Positions 1-8,279 of a stretch of 64,000 nt of DNA are shown here, piece by piece. The position numbers were made by a program, and so were the translations under genes. The stretch comes from an uncultured virus (IMG/VR IMGVR_UViG_3300021957_003318) (lineage: Duplodnaviria > Heunggongvirae > Uroviricota > Caudoviricetes > Demerecviridae): the IMG/VR virus record IMGVR_UViG_3300021957_003318; one strand, given 5' to 3'. The notes under the pieces were generated by a model. It was given only the letters and a program-made list of their open reading frames with translations. It was not told where the DNA came from and made no database searches. How positions within the stretch are numbered: the stretch's first letter is position 1; each line of letters opens with the position of its first letter.

Positions 1-1
1 T

Positions 2-451
2 GCAGGACAAGTTAGAAATGATGACTCTGATGACAATATTCTTGATGTCGATTACCTCGCTTACGACGGGTTAGACATAGATTATTTAGAAGAAGACTTA
101 TCTTTTAACGAACTAGACATAGATTACCTAGATGTAAACTTTCTCGAAGACTTACTAGAAGTTATCGAAGAACTAGATGCACTCGCAATAAAAGAAACAA
201 GAGGAGCTCAAGCTTTCTCAGAGTTTGACATACAAGGAACATTATTTGGGCAAGACCCTTCAACACAGATTTTAACATTTGGTGACGCAGAAAAGATTAC
301 GATAATTCGTAGCGTTGTCCAATCAGTACAACTAGACCTCAACGGTGAGACAAGCTATAACATAATAATAGAGCAAGATGGTAAATCATATAACATTATT
401 CTTAATTCTGGTGACAACTCCAGTATTCGCATCCTTCAATCTTCAGGTTGA
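2..451 (+). CDS. C-terminal part of an acidic protein, probably FecR-domain family (partial, runs off window start)
   Basis: Frame 2 is open from base 2 to TGA at 449-451 (AGQVRNDDSDDNILDVDYL...ELDIDYLDVNFLEDLL...SSIRILQSSG). It resembles the acidic C-termini of FecR-type proteins found beside CHASE2 cyclases. Not in the ORF track. Confidence 0.55.
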   Translation, partial: AGQVRNDDSDDNILDVDYLAYDGLDIDYLEEDLSFNELDIDYLDVNFLEDLLEVIEELDALAIKETRGAQAFSEFDIQGTLFGQDPSTQILTFGDAEKITIIRSVVQSVQLDLNGETSYNIIIEQDGKSYNIILNSGDNSSIRILQSSG

Positions 452-806
452 TATTCCTTGGGACTACGACCAAATAGAGTTGGATGGCAGACTCATAGAA
501 CGTAGTAAGTTCCAAATGAGAATTGACCTTGATAGACCCACTCATAAATACTACTTGGTAATCAATACATTAGATGTACTTACTACTTATCATGCAGTAC
601 AGCGAGGGTATGGGTCAGAAGCAAATCCTTTACTTCCTTCTGATCCTTCTTTAACACGACTTATAGTACATAAAGTACTATGGAGTGAAGCCGCAAGATA
701 TGGAGGACTATTCTGGGAAGAAGATGAAAGTTTTGTATACTTTGCAAACTTCTTAGTAACCCTAGCCGTAATAAACAACACACTAATAATTATAGACAAT
801 GAATAA
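378..806 (+). CDS. Hypothetical membrane/secreted protein
   Basis: Hydrophobic N-terminal signal-like stretch and C-terminal TM; LDVLTT..A...G.SEANPLL motif typical of small membrane proteins. Confidence 0.6.
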   Translation: MVNHITLFLILVTTPVFASFNLQVDIPWDYDQIELDGRLIERSKFQMRIDLDRPTHKYYLVINTLDVLTTYHAVQRGYGSEANPLLPSDPSLTRLIVHKVLWSEAARYGGLFWEEDESFVYFANFLVTLAVINNTLIIIDNE

Positions 807-972
807 GTACTGGAGATTATGGGCTAAGTCCCTTGGAGAGAAGGTAGGAGAAACTGATTCTCAAGCAGATAAAATAGCTATCATACGAACCATTTGGTGG
901 TTTACACATATGGCAACTTGTATCTTTATTATACTTAACGCTATAGCAAACCATGGATGGAACCTAATATGA
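799..972 (+). CDS. Small membrane protein (57 aa, MNKYWRLWAKSLGEK...ADKIAIIRT...)
   Basis: ATG 799, TGA 970-972, ATGA overlap with the cyclase start. One TM. The WAKSLGEK/ADKIAIIRT pattern is familiar from marine phages. Not in the ORF track. Confidence 0.7.
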   Translation: MNKYWRLWAKSLGEKVGETDSQADKIAIIRTIWWFTHMATCIFIILNAIANHGWNLI

Positions 973-2753
973 ATAAACTAATTACACTTGTACTAGCAAT
1001 GGGACTTCTTATATGGAATCCCTACCCTTTTAAAATTTTAGAACTCAAAACATTTGACTACTTAATCATGAATACTGAACCAGTACAGAATGAGAATATA
1101 CTTATAGTAGACATAGACGAAGAAACAGTAAGTACTTATGGAGGTTGGCCTTTACCAAGAAGTGTTTATGGAGATGCTATAACGCAGACCCAGGCAGTAC
1201 CAGGAATTACAGTACTAATGCCAAACAAAGACTTACGAGGCCCAATGCAAGATACTTACTTTGAAAGAAGACTTGACATAAAACCAACAGTGTTAGCCTA
1301 CGCGGCATCAACACAAGTGCGCAACGTAAAAGCTCCTCATGTAGGAACTGCGCAATTAGGAGAGGATCCATTACCATGGCTATACGAATACCCAGGAATT
1401 ATACCTACAGAGTCTACTCTGGAGTCAAAAATAAAGGGAATCGGAGTAGTAACCGCTACGCCGGAGCTAGACGGGGTTACTCGTCGTATTCCCCTAGTAG
1501 TAAACGTAGGGTCAAAACTCTACCCGAGTTTCGCCTTGGAACTCTTAAGAGTCGCCGTAAACGATCCTTCGTACCAGCTAAAAACAACACCAGAAGGTAT
1601 TGAGTGGATTAGAATACCCAACTACCCTTTGATGAATACTGATGCGAATGCTCGTATCTTTTTGAATTGGAATACTACATTCTATAGACAAAGTTTATTA
1701 GAATACTTAAAAGAACCGATTGATGCTCCTTTTGTTATACTTGGAACAACAGCAGAAGGAGTAACCAATCCAGTCCCGACCCCAGCGGGAGCAAAATACC
1801 CCCATGAAATTCAAGCAAATATATTACACAATCTTATCACAGGTACCGCACCGTCTGCACCGTCATGGACTTTTTCTGCTAAGCTTGCCTATGGTTTACT
1901 TAGCTTCACCTTATTGGCTCTTACGGTTAGTAGAGTCTATCTTTCTATAATAACATTAGTACTAGTTATAGTAGGTGCTATGTATGGAATGGGTTACGCC
2001 TATAAATCTTCCTACTTACTTAACCTTAATGGTATCGTAGTAGTCTCGGTTCTTTATTGGGCGTATCATACTTTCCTGAGTTTCCTTTCCGAGTATCGTC
2101 AGAAACTCCAAATCAAACAACAATTCGGCACGTACGTAAGTCCCGACTTAGTAAAAAAATTACAGGAAGACCCAACATTACTGAGACTCGGTGGGTCGAC
2201 TGAACAACTAACTTTTCTTTTTTCTGACATCAGAGGATTTACACCGATTTCAGAAAAATATCAAAAAAATCCACAAGGACTTACGAGCCTCATCAATCGT
2301 TTTCTCGACAATCAGACTGAGATTATTCTCAAGCATGGAGGTACAATTGATAAGTATATGGGAGACTGCATCATGGCTTTCTGGGGAGCTCCGCTTCCTG
2401 ACGAGAACCATATAGAGAATGCAACAAAAGCGGCTATTGAAATGAGAATAGCCTTGGAGGAATTAAATGAAACACTTAGAGAAGAGGGCCTTGATCAAAT
2501 TAACACAGGAGCTGGCATCAATACGGGAAACTGTGTGGTGGGCAACTTTGGTAGTAGTACTCGCTTTGACTATTCCGTTTTGGGTGATGCTGTTAATCTG
2601 GCAGCTAGGTTAGAATCTAGTTGTAAAAACTATGACGCTGACTTAATTATATCCGAACACAGTTTAGTAGATGGTTATGAGTACGAGTTCTTAGACGAGG
2701 TAGTTGTAAAAGGCAAGTCGGAGCCAGTGAAGATTTATACCATACGAAAATAG
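969..2753 (+). CDS. CHASE2-domain class III adenylate cyclase (membrane-anchored)
   Basis: N-terminal signal/TM, CHASE2 motifs (IVDIDE, WPLPR, DGVTRRIP), three TMs, and catalytic motifs FSDIRGFT, IDKYMGDCIMAFWGAP, YSVLGDAVNLAARLES. Start placed at ATG 969 (ORF track 957). Confidence 0.92.
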   Translation: MNKLITLVLAMGLLIWNPYPFKILELKTFDYLIMNTEPVQNENILIVDIDEETVSTYGGWPLPRSVYGDAITQTQAVPGITVLMPNKDLRGPMQDTYFERRLDIKPTVLAYAASTQVRNVKAPHVGTAQLGEDPLPWLYEYPGIIPTESTLESKIKGIGVVTATPELDGVTRRIPLVVNVGSKLYPSFALELLRVAVNDPSYQLKTTPEGIEWIRIPNYPLMNTDANARIFLNWNTTFYRQSLLEYLKEPIDAPFVILGTTAEGVTNPVPTPAGAKYPHEIQANILHNLITGTAPSAPSWTFSAKLAYGLLSFTLLALTVSRVYLSIITLVLVIVGAMYGMGYAYKSSYLLNLNGIVVVSVLYWAYHTFLSFLSEYRQKLQIKQQFGTYVSPDLVKKLQEDPTLLRLGGSTEQLTFLFSDIRGFTPISEKYQKNPQGLTSLINRFLDNQTEIILKHGGTIDKYMGDCIMAFWGAPLPDENHIENATKAAIEMRIALEELNETLREEGLDQINTGAGINTGNCVVGNFGSSTRFDYSVLGDAVNLAARLESSCKNYDADLIISEHSLVDGYEYEFLDEVVVKGKSEPVKIYTIRK

Positions 2754-2785
2754 TACTTGACATGAGTTCTATATTTTGATATAAT
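2747..2785 (+). promoter_or_regulatory. Strong sigma70-type promoter
   Basis: AAAATAGTAC-TTGACA(2757-2762)-17 bp-TATAAT(2780-2785), with extended -10 TG. Confidence 0.85.
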
Positions 2786-2828
2786 TTTTATAAATGTGGA
2801 ACTTTCCACAAAGCAAAAGGGGAAACAC

Positions 2829-3059
2829 ATGCAAGAAATTGAGCAGGTAGCTGCGGAATTGGCAAAACACGAGGCTATTTGTGCTGAACGCTGGAAGACA
2901 GTATTCAATAACTTAAATACTATGGAAAAAGGGGCAGAGAAAAGATTTAATGGAATCGACGGAAATGTCTCAAGAATAGAAACTATATTATTAGGATGCG
3001 CAGGGTTCTTGCTTATGTCATTAATTGGCATGGTAGCAACAATGATAACAATGCATTAG
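2829..3059 (+). CDS. Small coiled-coil protein with C-terminal TM (XhlA/holin-like architecture)
   Basis: HEAICAERW motif, coiled coil, hydrophobic C-terminus; purine-rich SD upstream of ATG 2829. Confidence 0.6.
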   Translation: MQEIEQVAAELAKHEAICAERWKTVFNNLNTMEKGAEKRFNGIDGNVSRIETILLGCAGFLLMSLIGMVATMITMH

Positions 3060-3069
3060 GAGAAAAACA

Positions 3070-3252
3070 ATGGAATTTAAATACGATAAAAAAGATTTGA
3101 AAGAATCACCAAAAACAAAGTCTGTAAAAAACGTACTACCAGAGGGTTGGGAGATGTATCTTAAGAGAGGTACATGGAACGTAAGAGATGCTTTAGGGCA
3201 GCTTACTCACTGGAAAACTGAGAAAGAGGCTTGGGAACATATAAATGGCTAA
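3070..3252 (+). CDS. Hypothetical protein
   Basis: AGGAG SD; tightly packed with neighbours. Confidence 0.65.
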   Translation: MEFKYDKKDLKESPKTKSVKNVLPEGWEMYLKRGTWNVRDALGQLTHWKTEKEAWEHING

Positions 3253-3394
3253 ACAAATAGAAGAAGCTCTGAAAGAAGCAGTAGCAAAAGAAGAAACAGA
3301 AACTCCAGTAAGTGCTAGGATAAAACAATTACTAGCAAAGAAAAAGAATCTAAAAAGAAGTAAACACAATCATTTAAGACCGAGAAGGAAGTGA
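3245..3394 (+). CDS. Small protein with basic C-terminus (49 aa)
   Basis: MAKQIEEALKEAV...KKKNLKRSKHNHLRPRRK*; fills the gap between ORFs and overlaps the next start (GTGA). Confidence 0.65.
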   Translation: MAKQIEEALKEAVAKEETETPVSARIKQLLAKKKNLKRSKHNHLRPRRK

Positions 3395-3939
3395 ACTCAC
3401 TAGAATTATTAATAGGGTACAAACATGTACACAAAGCCAAATGGGGCGTAATGACAGGTACTTCTATACGTAGACATACCAGAGAGTTTACAAACTTTTG
3501 TAAGTCTTATAAACCTAAATCTGTTTTAGACTATGGTTGTGGAAAAGGACTACAGTATTCAGAACATAAAATGCACGAGGCAGCTAATATACCAATGCCT
3601 ACACTTTACGATCCTGCAGTAGAAGGCTTTCAAGCTAAACCTACAGGACACTACGATAGTGTAATTTGCACAGATGTAATGGAACATATACATCCAGAAG
3701 AGTGTGATAAAGTACTAGAAGAAATATTCAACTATGCAAAACATAGTGTATTTTTCACTATATCATGCAACCCAGCAAAGAAACACTTTCCAGATGGAAC
3801 AAACTTCCACGTAAATTGCAAACCCGAAGAGTGGTGGTTTGCAACTATAAAAAGATTAAAACCTAAACACCTAAAAGTTTGGTTAATCTTCCCGTCATTC
3901 AAAGGAATCATTAAGTATGACAAAGAAGAAACCAGATGA
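3391..3939 (+). CDS. Class I SAM-dependent methyltransferase
   Basis: VLDYGCGKG motif I, YDPAV, YDSVICTDVMEHI. Confidence 0.85.
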   Translation: MNSLELLIGYKHVHKAKWGVMTGTSIRRHTREFTNFCKSYKPKSVLDYGCGKGLQYSEHKMHEAANIPMPTLYDPAVEGFQAKPTGHYDSVICTDVMEHIHPEECDKVLEEIFNYAKHSVFFTISCNPAKKHFPDGTNFHVNCKPEEWWFATIKRLKPKHLKVWLIFPSFKGIIKYDKEETR

Positions 3940-4075
3940 AAGATTAAAGATTTGTAAGAAGTGTCCACACTATAATAAGTTTTGGAAGACTTGCAAAGTT
4001 TGTCATTGTTTTATGCCCCTCAAAACTAAGATTAGATGGGCAGAGTGTCCGTTGGAAGACCCAAAGTGGACATAA
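3917..4075 (+). CDS. Small Cys-rich putative zinc-binding protein (DUF6171-like, 52 aa)
   Basis: RLKICKKCP...CKVCHCFMPLKT...AECP...KW. Not in the ORF track. Confidence 0.75.
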   Translation: MTKKKPDERLKICKKCPHYNKFWKTCKVCHCFMPLKTKIRWAECPLEDPKWT

Positions 4076-4087
4076 AAGGAGGTGATA

Positions 4088-4165
4088 ATGCCAAAAGGCA
4101 AAGGAACATACGGCTCAAAGGTGGGCAGACCCAAGAAGAAAAAGAAGGGCAAGAAGAAAAGGTAA
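4088..4165 (+). CDS. 25-aa ultra-basic peptide MPKGKGTYGSKVGRPKKKKKGKKKR
   Basis: Very strong SD AGGAGGTG ahead of ATG 4088; TAA at 4163-4165. Confidence 0.7.
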   Translation: MPKGKGTYGSKVGRPKKKKKGKKKR

Positions 4166-4272
4166 ATTATAACCAGTCACTTGACCTAGAGAATTCGTGC
4201 ATTCCTAATGTTTTTGGTAAGCAACCTTGCTGGACAATTGGAAACAACATAAAGCACTATGCAAAAAAGAAC

Positions 4273-5046
4273 ATGAAGACTGCACGAGTTACTGATATTT
4301 CATTAAGTGTCATCGGAGACGAATACTTAGATTACTTAAAGAAACATATAGATCAGATGCCCGATTGGAAGTATTGGGTACTAACAGATAGACCAGAGGA
4401 AGTAAGAAAGGTACTAACAGGTAAACGCCATGTAATTGTACCGTATAACAAACCACGGTTTAACTATTTTGATAAACTACTATGGGCTTTAGATTCAGTT
4501 ATAGAGACAGGCAGACCTACTCTACAAATTGATGTAAGAAGACTAACATATAGATTACATGTAGTAGAGAATTTTATTGATGATGTAAGTTTAGTAAACG
4601 CTTTGTTTAATCAACCCGTTTATCCTAACTCTTGTTATCATCTAGCAGTATGGTCCCCAGGTGCAAAAGCACAGATGGTACCAGTGTTCACAAATCTTGA
4701 CTTAAGATTTGGACTAAACTATTGGAAGCCTATAATACAGGCAATGGGAAAGGACATAGATAAATGGTCCCCTATAGTAGAACATGCTATTCTGTTTTCA
4801 ATGACTAAAGAGAAAGCAGAACAAATTAGAAAAGATTTAGTACAAATTGAACCACTGTTTAGACAGCAGTCTTTAGAAGAGAAGAACCCCTATAAAGGAG
4901 TATCTTCTGGAGAAGGACTAGCTTTAGGATGGTCACTACATAAGAATAGTGTAGATACTCGTCCGTTACTTACAGTGCAACAATTGAATATGCATAACCC
5001 TATGGATTACACAGAACCTTGGGATAATGCAAACTACACAGTTTAG
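4273..5046 (+). CDS. Hypothetical protein, weakly glycosyltransferase-like
   Basis: Long ORF (track start 4036 overlaps two small genes; ATG 4273 used, start uncertain). WVLTDRP, FNYFDK and LQID segments recall GT-A proteins. Confidence 0.5.
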   Translation: MKTARVTDISLSVIGDEYLDYLKKHIDQMPDWKYWVLTDRPEEVRKVLTGKRHVIVPYNKPRFNYFDKLLWALDSVIETGRPTLQIDVRRLTYRLHVVENFIDDVSLVNALFNQPVYPNSCYHLAVWSPGAKAQMVPVFTNLDLRFGLNYWKPIIQAMGKDIDKWSPIVEHAILFSMTKEKAEQIRKDLVQIEPLFRQQSLEEKNPYKGVSSGEGLALGWSLHKNSVDTRPLLTVQQLNMHNPMDYTEPWDNANYTV

Positions 5047-5126
5047 GATTGGATGACCTTATACTAAGCGTAAATGCATGGATTAAATTTCATGACACGG
5101 AAAACAAATCGAGGGGTCTCCAATCC
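5046..5126 (+). ncRNA. Candidate structured RNA element
   Basis: GGATTGGA(T)GACCTT pairs with GGGGTCTCCAATCC and encloses an inner CATGGA/TTCATG hairpin; intergenic, just upstream of an SD. Confidence 0.4.
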
Positions 5127-5144
5127 GCCCTTTAGGAGAAATAA

Positions 5145-5303
5145 ATGTTTAAGAAAATTTGGAATATAATTAGGGGAAAAGACCCTAAAGATTTAAATGG
5201 AGACGGTAAAGTCGACATTAAGGATAAGTTTGTTGCAGCCGAAATAAAAAGCGGTAAGAAAGTAACAGACGTATTCAAGCCGAGTAGTAACCACAACGGC
5301 TAA
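5145..5303 (+). CDS. Small protein with EF-hand/dockerin-like Ca-binding loop (52 aa)
   Basis: AGGAG SD; DLNGDGKVDIKD motif. Not in the ORF track. Confidence 0.7.
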   Translation: MFKKIWNIIRGKDPKDLNGDGKVDIKDKFVAAEIKSGKKVTDVFKPSSNHNG

Positions 5304-5360
5304 AAATATGTGGTAAAGCAGTCTTGCTCGTTAAGAGCGGAAAGGACTGAGGAGAGAAAT

Positions 5361-5537
5361 ATGATAGATTTTTTCATGTTAATTGGAAAATTGATATCTG
5401 TTGTTCCCGTAATCGTAACTGTCTGCTCGTTAGTAGCAGCTATTACTCCAACCCCATTAGATGATGGTTGGATGAAAAAGGTTTACATGATTATGGACTG
5501 GTGCGCATTAAACGTGTGGAAAGCCAAGGACAAATAG
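5361..5537 (+). CDS. Small membrane protein (ITPTPxDD family), possibly holin-like
   Basis: GAGGAG SD before ATG 5361; one TM followed by AAITPTPLDD...ALNVWKAK. Confidence 0.7.
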   Translation: MIDFFMLIGKLISVVPVIVTVCSLVAAITPTPLDDGWMKKVYMIMDWCALNVWKAKDK

Positions 5538-5550
5538 GTTAATACCCTAC

Positions 5551-5598
5551 GTAGAGTTCTCTTCTTCAGTTATGAGTGGGGAGCTCTACACTTTTATT
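5551..5598 (+). terminator. Probable intrinsic terminator/stem-loop
   Basis: GTAGAGTTCTC...GGGAGCTCTAC stem followed by ACTTTTATT. Confidence 0.5.
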
Positions 5599-5805
5599 AT
5601 GGCAGTTAAAAAAAGAAAAACAAAAAGGAAGGTGGCAAAAAAGAGACCTGTACCTACCAATCCCGCACTATACGCAAGGGTTAAAGCACAGGCAAAAAGA
5701 AAGTTCAAGGTATATCCATCGGCATACGCTAATGGATGGCTAGTAAAAACTTACAAAGCCAAAGGCGGAAGGTATCGTATGGGTACTGGACGTAAGAGAA
5801 AATAA
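5599..5805 (+). CDS. Small basic protein (DUF5872-like)
   Basis: NPALYARVKAQAKRKFKVYPSAYANGWLVKTYKAKGGRY; very K/R rich. Confidence 0.8.
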   Translation: MAVKKRKTKRKVAKKRPVPTNPALYARVKAQAKRKFKVYPSAYANGWLVKTYKAKGGRYRMGTGRKRK

Positions 5806-6092
5806 TGGCAAAACCTAAAGGCGGACTAACAAAATGGTTTAAGGAAGGTTGGGTAGATATATCTCGTAAGAGAAAGGGTGGAGGACACCCTCCTTGTGGC
5901 AGAAAGTCTGCACGAGGAAAAGGAGGATATCCTAAGTGTGTACCTGCTAGTAAAGCTCGAAGAATGACTGCAGCACAGAAAAGATCAGCAGTAACTAGAA
6001 AGAGAAAAGCAGGCAACCCAGGAGGAAAACCTAGAAACGTATCAACCTTTGTGAAGAGAAAAAGAAAAACAACTAGAAGAAGGAAAAAGTAA
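5805..6092 (+). CDS. Small basic protein
   Basis: GGLTKWFKEGWVD...CGRK...YPKCVP...KRSAVTRKR; K/R rich; overlaps the upstream stop. Confidence 0.8.
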   Translation: MAKPKGGLTKWFKEGWVDISRKRKGGGHPPCGRKSARGKGGYPKCVPASKARRMTAAQKRSAVTRKRKAGNPGGKPRNVSTFVKRKRKTTRRRKK

Positions 6093-6094
6093 AA

Positions 6095-6292
6095 ATGACT
6101 CTTAAACAAGTAGACAGAAAACAACAAATGATTGTAGGTCTAAAAGGTTTAGAGATGCAGACAGCTTGCTTGATTATGAAACGAGCAAAGCATTTAAAGA
6201 ATTTAAAGAAACTGAAAGAATACGCTACTATGAAAAAGTGTACCTTTCGAGATAAGCGTATTAAACAGCTTATAGGAGAAAAGAATGGCTAA
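6095..6292 (+). CDS. Small basic hypothetical protein
   Basis: Tight operon packing; K/R rich. Confidence 0.6.
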   Translation: MTLKQVDRKQQMIVGLKGLEMQTACLIMKRAKHLKNLKKLKEYATMKKCTFRDKRIKQLIGEKNG

Positions 6293-6548
6293 ATTTTTAA
6301 GCGGCCCTACTGGTAAACACGGTACTCAGAAAATCCGTAAACACAGATTAAAGTTAGGTATTACCAGAGATATGAATGCAGCAGCAGGAACTTTTGTTAA
6401 CACAAAAAGTCCAATGAGTGGCCCTGGTGGCTTCTATGGTGCAGCACCAAAAGGAGTTGGACCAAGGTTCGGCAAAACAAAATCACCTAGAAAAGCAACT
6501 TTTGCAAAGAAAGCAAGAGTTGGTAGGATAATGAAGAAGAGAAGATAA
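6285..6548 (+). CDS. Small basic Gly-rich protein
   Basis: AGGAG SD; K/R/G rich. Confidence 0.7.
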   Translation: MAKFLSGPTGKHGTQKIRKHRLKLGITRDMNAAAGTFVNTKSPMSGPGGFYGAAPKGVGPRFGKTKSPRKATFAKKARVGRIMKKRR

Positions 6549-7037
6549 GTGGACTTTACCAAGACTAACCTAGACATAGATAATCTTGGCATGAGAGATA
6601 AACTTATAAGACTCAAACACACAGGGTACAAAGCCTCAAAGGTAAACCCTAGACATACCGAAACTCTGTTACAACAAAGACCAGAGTTTAAAGACTTTTG
6701 TAGACAGGTTGAAAAAGAGTTTCCTGCAGGTTATAATATTATTAACCTGTGGGCTACTTTTCAAGCAGCAGGAGAGTATACAGGTATTCACAATCATACA
6801 TCAGGAGGCGTTCAAGGAAATCAAGTTCCAGAGTATTCTTTTTGTTATTATTTACATGACATAAAAGAAACAGGAGCTTTATTATTTCATAATAAAAACA
6901 ACCCTACCTTTTGTACTACAGAGTTTCCTTTAGCGGGAGACCTATACATTTTTAAAAGTAATGTTTTACACAGTACTCAACCTAATCTAAATGGATTTAT
7001 GAGGTACTGTCTAGCAGGCAATGTGGGGAGAACATAA
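6549..7037 (+). CDS. 2OG-Fe(II) oxygenase (putative)
   Basis: IHNH...YSFCYY...GDLYIFKSNVLH...RYCLAGN pattern of phage 2OG-Fe(II) oxygenases. Confidence 0.75.
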   Translation: MDFTKTNLDIDNLGMRDKLIRLKHTGYKASKVNPRHTETLLQQRPEFKDFCRQVEKEFPAGYNIINLWATFQAAGEYTGIHNHTSGGVQGNQVPEYSFCYYLHDIKETGALLFHNKNNPTFCTTEFPLAGDLYIFKSNVLHSTQPNLNGFMRYCLAGNVGRT

Positions 7038-7327
7038 TGCCAAAGAAAAGAGACCCAAGATTAAAAAGAGCAGGTGTTAGAGGATTTAATAAACCAAAAA
7101 GAACACCAGGACATAGAACTAAATCACACATAGTTGTGGCAAAAGTAGGTAGTAAGATTAAAACTATACGTTTCGGACAGAAAGGAGCCAAGACAGCAGG
7201 AAAACCTAAAGCTGGCGAGTCTGCTAGAATGAAAGCAAAGCGTAGAAGCTTCAAGGCAAGACACAGAAAGAACATTGCTAGAGGAAAAATGTCTGCAGCG
7301 TACTGGGCAAACAAAGTTAAGTGGTAG
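7037..7327 (+). CDS. Small basic protein (DUF5754-like)
   Basis: KRTPGH.TKSH...IRFGQKG...RRSFKARH...SAAYWA..VKW. Confidence 0.8.
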   Translation: MPKKRDPRLKRAGVRGFNKPKRTPGHRTKSHIVVAKVGSKIKTIRFGQKGAKTAGKPKAGESARMKAKRRSFKARHRKNIARGKMSAAYWANKVKW

Positions 7328-7328
7328 A

Positions 7329-8042
7329 ATGAACTACGATGTCTCAAAATTTAGTTTAGAAGGCTATGTAGTGGTTAAAAACTTCCTTACAAAAGAGGAA
7401 CATAGAGAGCTTAACCATACATGTAACACTTTGACTGAAGAGGCAAGGCACATTTCGGCGCAGTCCCAAGGTAATTGGTTGATGAACAGCCCACACAATC
7501 CCTGTAAACTAGAGGGAGCTATGGGTTGCGTTGAAGAATTTAAAAAACTGGGCAGACATAAGCGATTAGTGAGTGTAGCACAGAGATTACTTAGAACTAC
7601 AAGCTTAAGTACTTACATTTCTAAGTTTTTTCCGATGATTCCAAAGGTTGGTTTCTCGGTAGACTGGCATCAAGATAACTTTTATATAGAAGCCAACCCC
7701 TCAAAACTAATTAGTTGTGATGTTTTTGTAAATGGGGCAAGAAAAGAGAATGGATGTCTAAGAATAGTACCTAGGTCACATACAAAAGGTATATTTAGAC
7801 ATGATGCAACTTCCCATGGGGTGTTTAATTGGATTAAACTTAACCCTAAAGTAGATATTATAGATATCGAGTTAGATGAACCTTTTGCAGTATTCTTTCA
7901 TCCTAACTTAATTCACGGATGTTATAAGAATACTAGTAGAGATTACAGGTATAGTGTTGCCTGGGAATATATGAAGTGGCCATATCTTCCACCAAAGCAC
8001 AATGACCATATATCAAACGATTTAATACATATAGGAGACTAA
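7329..8042 (+). CDS. Phytanoyl-CoA dioxygenase (PhyH) family 2OG oxygenase
   Basis: EGYVVVKNFL, WHQD, ENGCLRIVPRSH, FFHPNLIHG, NTS..YR. Start at ATG 7329. Confidence 0.88.
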   Translation: MNYDVSKFSLEGYVVVKNFLTKEEHRELNHTCNTLTEEARHISAQSQGNWLMNSPHNPCKLEGAMGCVEEFKKLGRHKRLVSVAQRLLRTTSLSTYISKFFPMIPKVGFSVDWHQDNFYIEANPSKLISCDVFVNGARKENGCLRIVPRSHTKGIFRHDATSHGVFNWIKLNPKVDIIDIELDEPFAVFFHPNLIHGCYKNTSRDYRYSVAWEYMKWPYLPPKHNDHISNDLIHIGD

Positions 8043-8279
8043 ATGAGCGTACCAGAGAAAGACGGAAGACTTTTATGGCTAGACGAAGGACAAGTACATG
8101 CAGGAAAATTTTTAGCACAAGTACTACATAAAGAAAAAACAAGAGACCTTACAATCTCAGAAGAAAAACTAAAACAATTAGCAGCTTCTTACTGTTACTT
8201 ATATGAAAAAGCGAAAGACTCTGGAATACTAGAAGAAGAAGAAAGTTACTTTTTATTTGAAAACGAGAAAATACATTGA
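8043..8279 (+). CDS. Hypothetical protein directly upstream of terminase
   Basis: AGGAG SD; stop overlaps the terminase start. Confidence 0.65.
   Translation: MSVPEKDGRLLWLDEGQVHAGKFLAQVLHKEKTRDLTISEEKLKQLAASYCYLYEKAKDSGILEEEESYFLFENEKIH

Noticed and set aside
4036..4272. N-terminal extension of the 336-aa ORF as given in the track
   Set aside because: It overlaps two better-supported small genes (3917-4075 and 4088-4165, the latter with a strong SD), so the true start is probably downstream.
8043..8279. Terminase small subunit
   Set aside because: The position fits, but it is short and has no recognisable motif, so it is left as hypothetical.
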